A stretch of DNA of 32,000 nt from Candidatus Saccharimonadota bacterium. GTDB taxonomy: Bacteria > Patescibacteriota > Saccharimonadia > Saccharimonadales > UBA4665. The notes beneath the pieces are model-generated. The model did not search any database and was not told the DNA's origin. It was given only the letters and a program-made list of their open reading frames with translations. Shown in pieces: positions 1-7,748 of this stretch. Numbering within the stretch: position 1 is the stretch's first letter; each line of letters starts with the position of its first letter. The stretch lies in NCBI GenBank assembly GCA_002952755.1, contig CP025011.1, forward strand, positions 510,001 to 542,000. The letters run 5' to 3'. The translations under genes were made by a program, and so were the position numbers.

Positions 1-57
1 TGCTATTACGTATTCAAGTAACCTAGAGTCAGAATCTAGCTGTGCTCGATCAACACG

Positions 58-627
58 CTATTTCGAAGTATGATGCCCCTTAATTGCAGCTTCGACGACA
101 TCGCGCGGGAGTTTGGCCGATCCCAGTAGGGTGTCGCGCACTTTTTCTAGGGCGTCACTGCCAACATCGCCGGCTGCATCAAGTACTCCGCTTACTGCTG
201 CCTCGGCTGCCTTAGACGAATCTGCACCGATATCGCCTGCAGCCTTGATCGCTCCCTCGACAGTAGAGATGGCTACTGCGCCAATATCACCGCCGGTTTC
301 GCTTGTAGCTTTAACTACTCCCCGAGCTGCCGCTTGCGTAGCCTCAACGACGTCGCCGCCAACGTGGCTAACTCCGCTAATCGCACCATGCATTATCTCC
401 TGCGTGGCATCCGTCAGAGATGTCCCCACTTTGCTCGCACCATGAATGGCGCCGCTGGCTACTGCTGTTACGCCTTCAATTCCAGCTTGCGACACTTCGC
501 CAGTGCCCTGAAGAATATTGACGATTTGGTGTTTTACCGTTCCGGTTACGGCGCTTATAATGTCATCGGCACCCTGGATAGCTGCAACTACTGCGTTACT
601 TGTCTCATTAATAATTTTTTCTAGCAT
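58..627 (-). CDS. Hendecad (11-residue) repeat protein, Ala/Gly/Val/Ser/Asp-rich, function unknown
   Basis: Track ORF 58..786 trimmed to the in-frame ATG at 627 (MLEKIINETS...). That ATG is preceded by an SD-like AAGGAAGGTGG on the minus strand (631-641). About 16 consecutive 11-aa repeats have hydrophobic residues at repeat positions 1, 5, 6 and 9. Confidence 0.6.
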   Translation of the reverse strand: MLEKIINETSNAVVAAIQGADDIISAVTGTVKHQIVNILQGTGEVSQAGIEGVTAVASGAIHGASKVGTSLTDATQEIMHGAISGVSHVGGDVVEATQAAARGVVKATSETGGDIGAVAISTVEGAIKAAGDIGADSSKAAEAAVSGVLDAAGDVGSDALEKVRDTLLGSAKLPRDVVEAAIKGHHTSK

Positions 628-859
628 ACGCCACCTTCCTTTTAATGCTGGTCTTTCCACTTTAGTCTGCTTACTGCGAACTGGCAATCTAAAATGCAGG
701 GATGACCTCGCATTTTGCGCAGTTCTTCTCCTGCTAACCTCTATTGGACTGGCGATACTGAGCTTATATAGTCTTAAAAAATGCAAAAACCAAACTGAAG
801 CCTCAAGCGTACCTATTTTATAGTTTACCTGCCAGAATTATCCTGTAGAGTTGTTAACT

Positions 860-1561
860 ATGAGCAGTCGATCGGCAGAATCATTTACGCTTACTCCGGC
901 GCAAATGTTAGAGCGCTTTCCCGCAACCGCTAAAGAGAGTGTCTATAATTGGCCATTCGCTGACATACCCCTATCTGCACAACGTAAAACTACGCCTCCA
1001 ATGGAGATACGAAGACATAAGGCAGGAGGGGATCTGCTTCGCGTTATGGGTCTTATTGTGCCGGACCATTATCACGATGATCCATCGGCCACGATGCTCC
1101 TCAAAAAAGGCAACGACCGCATGACCCTTAGGCTAGAAGTAGAGGGCGCCCAACATTACTGGCAACTGGCAGGCTTGTTTATGGAGGCGAGCGTAGAACT
1201 TAATAAGTCGTCTGAAATGCAAGCCGCCGGCATACTCCACGAGGTTGTCGGGATTGAACAGCCCTTGTTGCCCACTCAGTTAGGCCCGGGTGTAGCTCGT
1301 GGCATAGTATCGAAGATCCGGGTCGGGTCTAATGAAATGACTGAGGGTATGACGCTGTGGGCTGGCGGAGGCGCTAGGAGCATTTCTTGGGGGGCGAGTG
1401 GTGCGCGTAGGTTTGCAAGAGAGCATACGCTTGAACTCGACAGCGTAGTTGCTATAGGGGTGGATAATCACTATTGGGATCCTTCTCGCGATAGCAGATA
1501 CTATGTGATTAAACCTCCTGGTCAGGAAGGGCGGCCAGCGCCCACATTACCCACTATATAA
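860..1561 (+). CDS. Hypothetical protein, no family recognised
   Basis: Long ORF (track 851..1561 from TTG; first ATG at 860), divergent from 58..627. I cannot name any motif in it. Confidence 0.45.
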   Translation: MSSRSAESFTLTPAQMLERFPATAKESVYNWPFADIPLSAQRKTTPPMEIRRHKAGGDLLRVMGLIVPDHYHDDPSATMLLKKGNDRMTLRLEVEGAQHYWQLAGLFMEASVELNKSSEMQAAGILHEVVGIEQPLLPTQLGPGVARGIVSKIRVGSNEMTEGMTLWAGGGARSISWGASGARRFAREHTLELDSVVAIGVDNHYWDPSRDSRYYVIKPPGQEGRPAPTLPTI

Positions 1562-1689
1562 GTAAAGGCGCACTATTAGATTACCTGAACGAGCAGTGGC
1601 AAACTATCTCGAAGCGCAAGAATAGCGACCCCTAGGCAGGCAGCTGTTTTTATCTTGGCTAGACTAACAAAACGCGACAGCCCAAAAAT

Positions 1690-1717
1690 TTGCTATCTCT
1701 GTAATTTACGCTATAAT
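1690..1717 (+). promoter_or_regulatory. Sigma-70-like promoter of rpmF
   Basis: TTGCTA-16 nt-TATAAT, about 40 nt upstream of the ATG, followed by an AGGAG SD. Confidence 0.5.
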
Positions 1718-1756
1718 AGCAAGCAATTATTGTAAAAAAGTAGGAGTATATTACCC

Positions 1757-1966
1757 ATGGGTAAGCCAAAGAAACGAACCAGTTCGCGCCGCCGGGACGC
1801 TCGCCGTAGCCATCTTGGGTTAGAGTTAGCACGCAAAGTAAACGCCAGTTCACCAGTGAAGGTTTTTACTACTCGCCGCCAAAATCCTAAAAAGGTAGTT
1901 GAGTCCAAGGCTCCTAAAGCTGCCATTAAGCCTGCGAAAGTCACAAAAACTCCCCAGGCGGCCTAG
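1757..1966 (+). CDS. rpmF: 50S ribosomal protein bL32 with a Lys/Pro/Ala-rich C-terminal tail
   Basis: The N-terminus KPKKRTSSRRRDARRSH matches the bL32 signature (compare Thermus PKKKTSKARRDARRSH). AGGAG lies 10 nt upstream. No Cys zinc-ribbon motif is present. Confidence 0.75.
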   Translation: MGKPKKRTSSRRRDARRSHLGLELARKVNASSPVKVFTTRRQNPKKVVESKAPKAAIKPAKVTKTPQAA

Positions 1967-2019
1967 TCTCGTTCCTGCTGTTCGAGCTATACTAGGTGGA
2001 GTAAGGAAACGATAAAAAC

Positions 2020-2499
2020 ATGGCATCAAATCGTCATTTAGGCCGAATTATTGCGCTGCAGACCCTGTTCGAGCAGGATTTTCGTGCTGCCGCTAAAGAT
2101 AGCACATTCGACCTAGCCGCAGTACTGGAGCGCAATATTGCCCGCTACCAGGCAACGGTTGACGATAAAGATTTTATTGTCCGCTTAGTCCGCGGGGTTG
2201 ATGCCAAAGCGCCCGAACTCGATGCCGAATTGCAGCCAGTTGCTCCAGAATGGCCGATTGATCAGATTGCCCGCATGGACCGCGTTATTCTGCGCCTAGG
2301 TCTATATGAATTGAAGTTCGAGAAGGAAGTTCCTGCCAAGGTGGTCATTAACGAAGCAGTTGAGCTGGCCAAGGCCTTTGGAAGTGAAAATTCTTCAAAG
2401 TTTGTAAATGGCGTGCTTGGTACCGTGCTCCGCAAGGAAACGGGCGAAGAGCCGCCTAAACCCAAAGTAGCCGACGAAACAGTGGAAGTGGAAGCATGA
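2020..2499 (+). CDS. nusB: Transcription antitermination factor NusB
   Basis: N-terminus RHLGRIIALQTLFEQDF and C-terminal motif AVELAKAFGSENSSKFVNGVLG are typical of NusB. An extra acidic C-terminal tail is present. Confidence 0.9.
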   Translation: MASNRHLGRIIALQTLFEQDFRAAAKDSTFDLAAVLERNIARYQATVDDKDFIVRLVRGVDAKAPELDAELQPVAPEWPIDQIARMDRVILRLGLYELKFEKEVPAKVVINEAVELAKAFGSENSSKFVNGVLGTVLRKETGEEPPKPKVADETVEVEA

Positions 2500-2999
2500 A
2501 ACGCCCCAAGCTACCTGCACTCCACCGTTTTGTGCCGAACCGGGGTAGTCGACCCTCGATTCAGGAGGTGGTGCACGAGACAACAGCCGGTGGTATTATT
2601 TTCCGCCGGGATCAAAAGACCAATCAGGTAGAAATTCTGCTTATTCAGGATGCCAAGGATCGCTGGACTATCCCCAAAGGCCATGTCGAGGAGGGTGAAG
2701 AACCGAAGCAGACCGCTGAACGCGAGATTAATGAAGAAACTGGTCTTAAAGAGATGAAAGTCTTTAACTGGCTGGGAAAAGTATCATTCCGCTATCGCCG
2801 CGGCCAAACGCTTGTGCTCATGACCATGCACATCTATTTGGTACAAGCCCTGGGCGACACCAATGATCTAAACCCCGAAGATTGGCTCAATGACATAAAA
2901 TGGTTCCCCTCGAATCTGGCCATCGACAAAATCGCCTACGACGATATTGGAAAGTTAATTTTACTAGGAATGAAAAAGATACGTGATGCAAAACTCTAG
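2496..2999 (+). CDS. NUDIX hydrolase
   Basis: Nudix box GHVEEGEEPKQTAEREINEETG (GX5EX7REUXEEXGU). The ATG overlaps the nusB TGA (ATGA), suggesting translational coupling. Confidence 0.85.
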   Translation: MKRPKLPALHRFVPNRGSRPSIQEVVHETTAGGIIFRRDQKTNQVEILLIQDAKDRWTIPKGHVEEGEEPKQTAEREINEETGLKEMKVFNWLGKVSFRYRRGQTLVLMTMHIYLVQALGDTNDLNPEDWLNDIKWFPSNLAIDKIAYDDIGKLILLGMKKIRDAKL

Positions 3000-3726
3000 T
3001 GACAATCCCGAACCTTCCAAAATTTATATGGATTATAGCGCTTATACCGAATTCGCCGAAAAGGTGCTCGGTGTGGTTTTTGACAATATCCAGTTGCTGG
3101 TTACTGCCTTCACGCACCGTTCATACATTAATGAGCACAAAAAATCAGCTTCCGAGCACAACGAACGCCTTGAGTTTTTGGGCGATGCCGTGCTGGAGTT
3201 GGTAGTAACCGAATATTTGTACATTAATTTTAGCGAGCCAGAGGGTATTCTTACCAACTGGCGTAGCAGTCTGGTGCGTACCGAGAGCATCGGCGCCGCT
3301 GCTGCCAAGTTTAACTTCGAACCGCTTTTGCGCCTTAGCCGTGGTGAAAAGCATGGCACCGACCGAGCGCGGGTTCAAATTTTGGCCAATAGTTATGAAG
3401 CTGTCGTCGGTGCATTATATCTGGATAAGGGGTACGGCGCGGCCAAGAGTTTTATTACTAAGAGCATCCTGGTGACTTTTAAAGAAATCCTGAAGACTGG
3501 CTCATGGCTAGATCCAAAATCACAGCTACAGGAAGTAGCCCAAAGTCGTGACGGACACACGCCTGTCTATAAAGTACTCAGCGAAGATGGCCCTGATCAC
3601 GAAAAAACGTTTGTAGTGGGCGTATTTGTAGGCAGCAAACTCAAAGGGCAGGGCGAGGGCCCGAGCAAGCAAGCCGGCCAGCAAAAGGCGGCCGAAGCTG
3701 CCTTGCTTAGCTACGAGAAGAAATAG
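2983..3726 (+). CDS. rnc: Ribonuclease III
   Basis: RNase III signature NERLEFLGDAVLELVVTEYLY plus a C-terminal dsRBD (GPDHEKTFVVGV...KQAGQQKAAEAAL). Start is uncertain: GTG 2983, ATG 2986 or ATG 3027. Confidence 0.92.
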   Translation: MMQNSSDNPEPSKIYMDYSAYTEFAEKVLGVVFDNIQLLVTAFTHRSYINEHKKSASEHNERLEFLGDAVLELVVTEYLYINFSEPEGILTNWRSSLVRTESIGAAAAKFNFEPLLRLSRGEKHGTDRARVQILANSYEAVVGALYLDKGYGAAKSFITKSILVTFKEILKTGSWLDPKSQLQEVAQSRDGHTPVYKVLSEDGPDHEKTFVVGVFVGSKLKGQGEGPSKQAGQQKAAEAALLSYEKK

Positions 3727-3731
3727 GTGAC

Positions 3732-4409
3732 ATGACCGACCATCGGCCGAGTGCGCCGTCTTCTCTATTTCCTGAATTTTTTACCCAAGACATCGGCCGG
3801 CAGACTGATGGCGACCCACTGCCGCCAGAGGTGAGGCTGCGCCTGCAGAACGAAATCGGCCATACGCTTATTACTCGACTCACCGAACTGTACCCTCAAT
3901 CTGTCCCGAAGGCATCCACATATGGAGTAAATTTAAGTTGTGCGGGTCAAGATGGCCAACAGTCTATACTACAAATTTCTGCTACAGATGTGTGGTGGCG
4001 CAGGGAGAACGCAGCGCCCACATTTCCGCTACCTTCCGAATTCCCCGAGTACTATAGACAATTCGAGGAACAGTACGGTGCAGTAGCGCTTAAGCGCAGT
4101 AATGTCGCCAGTTACAAGCTTTTTGAACATGAATTACGCCCGGAAGTGATGGATTCTCCTTCCCGTGGCATAGAAATGGCCATGGCCCAGGGAATGGTGT
4201 ATCTCTCTAATCTTACCTTGCTCGTCGATTATAGGCGCCAAGAGAGAGCCAGCCGGACGAGCTGGCATGTGCCGGTTTTGGGCTCCAATTTACGAGCAAT
4301 GCACGATTTCTTCGAGCAGGTTCCGAATTTAGAGGTAGAGTCGTTATATACCTTAAACCCCTATGGCGCACCAACTTCCCACCTGCAAGAGGCGCCGCCT
4401 GCTAACTAG
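3732..4409 (+). CDS. Hypothetical protein
   Basis: 225-aa ORF starting 5 nt after the rnc stop. No motif recognised. Confidence 0.5.
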   Translation: MTDHRPSAPSSLFPEFFTQDIGRQTDGDPLPPEVRLRLQNEIGHTLITRLTELYPQSVPKASTYGVNLSCAGQDGQQSILQISATDVWWRRENAAPTFPLPSEFPEYYRQFEEQYGAVALKRSNVASYKLFEHELRPEVMDSPSRGIEMAMAQGMVYLSNLTLLVDYRRQERASRTSWHVPVLGSNLRAMHDFFEQVPNLEVESLYTLNPYGAPTSHLQEAPPAN

Positions 4410-4491
4410 TGCTCTAAAGTGTAAGTCCATAAGGCATATTGACGGTAATCTATACCTATGTTAGGATAAACTCCCAACAGTAAGGAAGATT

Positions 4492-4749
4492 ATGCTAGAG
4501 AAGATCAATTGGGATAGAGCGGTGGTCACCGGAGTTGCTTTTGCAGCAGTCGGCGCTCTGGCTGCTTCGGGTGCCATTGTCGAGATGTCTATGAAGCCTT
4601 CAACGCCTGCCGATATCCGGCCCACCGATAATTATTCCTCCAACTCTCCAGGTCGAACGGCCGGGGATGATGATCGCGCGCCGGTAGTCTCGTACACGAG
4701 GCATCCCAGCGACATATCCAATGTCGTTATTGGTTTATCGCACCCGTAG
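4492..4749 (+). CDS. Small membrane-anchored protein (one N-terminal TM helix)
   Basis: SD TAAGGAAG upstream, with a TTGACG-17-TAGGAT promoter-like element at 4439-4467. Hydrophobic segment VVTGVAFAAVGALAASGAIV. Confidence 0.45.
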   Translation: MLEKINWDRAVVTGVAFAAVGALAASGAIVEMSMKPSTPADIRPTDNYSSNSPGRTAGDDDRAPVVSYTRHPSDISNVVIGLSHP

Positions 4750-4757
4750 GGCTGTTA

Positions 4758-4786
4758 TTGACATCAGAGGTACTTATCTGTAAAAT
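4758..4786 (+). promoter_or_regulatory. Sigma-70-like promoter of rpsP
   Basis: Consensus TTGACA-17 nt-TAAAAT. Confidence 0.6.
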
Positions 4787-4843
4787 ATGTTCTAACGCTT
4801 GTTAGCACAATATAACGTTTTAGAAAGAGAGATTTATTTCAAC

Positions 4844-5254
4844 ATGTTAGCCATTCGCATGCAACGCACCGGTCGCAAAGGTCACGCTATGTTCCGCGTA
4901 GTCGTACAAGAATCGCGCGCCACGCCTACCAGCGGCAAAGTCGTTGCACAGCTTGGTTCATACGACCCGCACACCAAAACTGCGGTGCTGGATAAAGAAA
5001 AAGCCTCTACTTTTCTAAAGAACGGCGCACAACCTTCTGAACGAGCGGCTTCACTACTCAAGAGCCAGGGCGTTGATCTCCCTTCTTGGGTAAGCTTCAA
5101 CACTAAGAAGTCTGGTGTATTGCGTAACCCAGATAAGCTGCGTAAGAATCAGCCAAAAGAGGAAGTAAAAGCGGAAGCCTCTGCAGACGAAGCTGCCCAA
5201 GAAGCGCCGGCTGATGAGGCTGCTGCCGAATCAGAAGCCGAAGAAAAGGCATAA
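4844..5254 (+). CDS. rpsP: 30S ribosomal protein bS16 with an Ala/Glu-rich acidic C-terminal extension
   Basis: MLAIRMQRTGRKGHAMFRVVV...GSYDP is the canonical bS16 N-terminus. The track ORF (TTG 4799) was trimmed to ATG 4844. Confidence 0.92.
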   Translation: MLAIRMQRTGRKGHAMFRVVVQESRATPTSGKVVAQLGSYDPHTKTAVLDKEKASTFLKNGAQPSERAASLLKSQGVDLPSWVSFNTKKSGVLRNPDKLRKNQPKEEVKAEASADEAAQEAPADEAAAESEAEEKA

Positions 5255-5285
5255 GCCTCGTTCGTTTGGTGAGCTGCTTAGTCGA

Positions 5286-5310
5286 GTGTCCCAAGTAAAG
5301 GGGCACTTTT
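5286..5310 (+). terminator. Putative intrinsic terminator after rpsP
   Basis: GTGTCCC-aagtaaa-GGGGCAC (one G-T pair) followed by TTTT. Confidence 0.45.
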
Positions 5311-5361
5311 CAACTGAGATAGAATGAGTGGGAATGTTCACAGTCGCGAGCTTCCCATTTT

Positions 5362-5370
5362 TGGTATAAT
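5362..5370 (+). promoter_or_regulatory. Extended -10 promoter upstream of the KH gene
   Basis: TGgTATAAT, followed by an AAGGAG SD. Confidence 0.45.
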
Positions 5371-5405
5371 TAAAGTTAACCAGTTAACTAAGGAGTTTTC
5401 TGCAC

Positions 5406-5855
5406 ATGAGTAGTATTGACCAGCAATTCGTCGAGTTTATTGTCAAATCACTGGTAAGCAAGCCCGATGCGGTAAGTATTGAGCGCCGTATTGACGAAAA
5501 GGGTGTACTTCTGGAGTTGACCGTTGATCCAGAAGATCTCGGTCGGGTTATCGGCAAGCGTGGCGCCACTGCCCAATCACTGCGCACTTTATTGCGTGCA
5601 CTAGGTACCAAGAACGACGCCCGCTATAACCTTAAAATTGTCGACAATGGTGAGCCGGGCATGGGCGGCGGTAGCTCCCAGCAAACGAGCGACAACGACG
5701 ACAACACAACTTCATCTGCGAGTGATGATTCGACCGGCCTAAAGGACGATGACGACCTCGATTTTGCACAAGTCTCTAAGCGTAACGACGATGAGGACAG
5801 TGTGGTCAGCAAGACGCGCAAAGAGCTGGACGAGTTGGACGATCTCGACATCTAG
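5406..5855 (+). CDS. KH-domain RNA-binding protein (YlqC/UPF0109 type) with a long Asp-rich tail
   Basis: LGRVIGKRGATAQSLRTLL contains the GxxG KH motif. It occupies the conserved position downstream of rpsP. AAGGAG SD upstream. Confidence 0.85.
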   Translation: MSSIDQQFVEFIVKSLVSKPDAVSIERRIDEKGVLLELTVDPEDLGRVIGKRGATAQSLRTLLRALGTKNDARYNLKIVDNGEPGMGGGSSQQTSDNDDNTTSSASDDSTGLKDDDDLDFAQVSKRNDDEDSVVSKTRKELDELDDLDI

Positions 5856-5859
5856 AATG

Positions 5860-5892
5860 TTTTTGTCATTCCGGGCTCGATCCGGAATCCAG
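5860..5892 (+). repeat. 33-nt post-stop repeat, copy A (contains a 7-bp hairpin)
   Basis: TTTTTGTCATTCCGGGCTCGATCCGGAATCCAG begins 5 nt after the KH-gene stop. ATTCCGG (5868-5874) pairs with CCGGAAT (5882-5888). Confidence 0.5.
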
Positions 5893-6039
5893 CAGCTTGA
5901 TCTAATTAGAAGCTGCACGATAGGTTGAATTGAATCCGAGCATTGCGGCATGCGGTAGTGCGGAGAGAAGACCAGCAAAGTAATGTTGTAAATGATGAAG
6001 CATTTGCATTTTAATCACACGGTAATGTATACTTAAAAA

Positions 6040-6184
6040 TAAGTCGACAAAAACCGACTGGAACAACTTTCCTTACAAAACAAAAACCGTTTGAGCTCAT
6101 GCGAGCCATGTTATTCGTGAGAACGAATAATTTGGGAGCCCTATATGTGGCAAAAAGACCGACCATTTCTGTGTCGGTCTTTTT
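6040..6184 (+). ncRNA. Candidate small RNA (about 145 nt), family unknown
   Basis: Promoter-like TTGCAT-18-TATACT (6004-6033) lies upstream. Internal hairpins are AGTCG/CGACT (6042-6059) and TTATTCG/CGAATAA (6111-6130), and the terminator is at 6152-6184. No convincing ORF. Confidence 0.3.
6152..6184 (+). terminator. Strong intrinsic (bidirectional-type) terminator in the KH-trmD gap
   Basis: AAAAAGACCGAC-catttctgt-GTCGGTCTTTTT gives a perfect 12-bp stem including the A/T tracts, followed by TTTTTGTTT. Confidence 0.7.
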
Positions 6185-6293
6185 GTTTCTGCGAATAATA
6201 AGATGGCTATCCGGTCCTGCTCGGTTCCTTACTATGTCCACCTATCCTTCTGATCACTCCATCGTCATCCGCGCCTAATCCCGTATATTTTCT

Positions 6294-6302
6294 TGCTATA
6301 AT
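6294..6302 (+). promoter_or_regulatory. Extended -10 promoter of trmD, with spacing that implies a leaderless mRNA
   Basis: TGcTATAAT, then 7 nt, then ATG 6310. Confidence 0.45.
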
Positions 6303-6309
6303 ACAAAGG

Positions 6310-6969
6310 ATGAAAAAAATCCAGATTATTACTCTATTTCCAGAGATGTTCGCTGGCGTACTCGGCAGTAGCATGTTGTGGAAGGCGCAAGACCGCGATA
6401 TAGTGCGTTACGAGTATATCAACCTGCGTGACTTTGGGTTGGGTCCGCGCAAACAGGTAGACGACGCGCCATACGGCGGCGGTGACGGTATGCTACTCAA
6501 ACCGGAGCCGCTGGTAGCCGCCATCGAGCAAGCCCGGAAAAACGATCCTACCACGCTGGTTTTATTGCCGACTCCTCGCGGCAAGGTATATAAGCAATCT
6601 GACGCTAAGGAACTAGCAGCAAGCGATAACGGATTGATTATTATCTGTCCCCGTTACGAAGGTTACGACGAACGTGTAACTGCGTATATAGACCGGCAAT
6701 ACTGCGTCGGCAGCTACATTCTCACTGGCGGCGAATTGCCGGCAATGACAATTATAGATAGCGTGGTGCGCCTGTTGCCTGGTGTGCTCGGCGGCGAAAT
6801 GAGCGCCGAAATCGAATCATTCCAGCAAGACGACGAAAACATCGAGTTTCCTCAGTTCACCCGTCCAGAGGATTTTCGCGGTCAGCGCGTCCCGGAAGTA
6901 CTGCTAAACGGTCATCATGCAGAAATAGCCAAATGGCGAGCTCAGAATGCCCACAAGCCGACTGCTTAA
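6310..6969 (+). CDS. trmD: tRNA (guanine37-N1)-methyltransferase
   Basis: MKKIQIITLFPEMF..., DDAPYGGGDGMLL and ILTGGELPAM are typical TrmD motifs. Confidence 0.95.
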   Translation: MKKIQIITLFPEMFAGVLGSSMLWKAQDRDIVRYEYINLRDFGLGPRKQVDDAPYGGGDGMLLKPEPLVAAIEQARKNDPTTLVLLPTPRGKVYKQSDAKELAASDNGLIIICPRYEGYDERVTAYIDRQYCVGSYILTGGELPAMTIIDSVVRLLPGVLGGEMSAEIESFQQDDENIEFPQFTRPEDFRGQRVPEVLLNGHHAEIAKWRAQNAHKPTA

Positions 6970-7277
6970 GCTTTTACGGGTGTGAGCAGTTTGCGAAATT
7001 CATCGAAGCTGTCCGCGACCAGGTCGGATGTAACCTCCAGCTCAATTAATGTATTTCTAGGAAATACCGCGGTAATGCCACAGGCATACAAGCCAGCTGC
7101 CTTGGCCGACATAATACCCCGCGGGTGATCTTCGAATGCCAGTACCTGGCTCCGCACGCTGTCAGGCAGCCCTAAGCTTAAAAATGCTGTATCAAATGCC
7201 TCAGGGTGAGGCTTAGCGTGCGTCACGTTATCTTTTGCAATGATACGTTTCGTCAACATCGAAAATAACACTCCCAA
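6966..7277 (-). pseudogene. Truncated HAD-superfamily hydrolase (C-terminal half only)
   Basis: Only HAD motifs III and IV are present (AKPHPEAF, AFEDHPRGIMSAKAAG). The DxD nucleophile motif and cap region are absent. Only 80 bp lie upstream before sodN. The ORF starts at TTG and overlaps the trmD stop by 4 nt. Confidence 0.6.
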
Positions 7278-7357
7278 GCGTCAGTAATTGTCAGCATAAT
7301 GTTTCATTGTAACAGAGTAGTTCGCGTTGTACACTGGGTAGAGCAAGGAGGGCGATT

Positions 7358-7744
7358 ATGAAATTATCGTTTATTAAACCAGTATATGCGCATTGTGATT
7401 TGCCATGCGGAGTCTACGATCCAGCGCAAGCCAAGATTGAAGCCGAGAGTGTGCTGGCTATCATGAAAAAATACGACAGCCTGGACCATGAGGAAGACAA
7501 ATGGCGGGCCGTATTCATTAAAGAGCAGCGAGCTGATCTGGTTAAGCAGCACCTGTGGGTGCTCTGGACAGACTATTTTAAGCCCGAACATCTTGAGAAG
7601 TATCCAGACTTACACGACAAATTCTGGAAAGCTACTAAGCAAGCAGGTACTTGTAAGAAGACAACCGATCCAGCTGAAGGTCAAAAATTATTGGATATGA
7701 TCGACGATATCGCTAAAATTTTCTGGGAAACCAAAAAAGCCTAA
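7358..7744 (+). CDS. sodN: Nickel superoxide dismutase precursor
   Basis: The Ni-hook HCDLPCGVYDPAQAKIEAESV follows an 11-aa propeptide (MKLSFIKPVYA). AAGGAGG SD upstream. Confidence 0.93.
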   Translation: MKLSFIKPVYAHCDLPCGVYDPAQAKIEAESVLAIMKKYDSLDHEEDKWRAVFIKEQRADLVKQHLWVLWTDYFKPEHLEKYPDLHDKFWKATKQAGTCKKTTDPAEGQKLLDMIDDIAKIFWETKKA

Positions 7745-7748
7745 GTAT

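Noticed and set aside
113-823. Plus-strand ORFs (113..445, 334..624, 518..823) overlapping the repeat-protein gene
   Set aside because: They are antisense shadows of the Ala/Gly/Val-rich gene 58..627. They have no SD or promoter context and their low-complexity composition mirrors the sense frame.
5951-5985. Weak similarity of GCGGTAGTGCGGAGAGAAGACCAGCAAAG to the reverse strand of the super-hairpin core (GCGTAGTGCAACCAGACCAGCGTAAG)
   Set aside because: Only short blocks match (TAGTGC, GACCAGC), gaps are needed, and there are no flanking inverted arms and no inner hairpin. It cannot be told apart from chance.
6011-6241. A 76-aa minus-strand ORF in the KH-trmD gap
   Set aside because: It spans the strong bidirectional terminator hairpin, has no SD or -10 context and has implausible composition. 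The region is better explained as non-coding.
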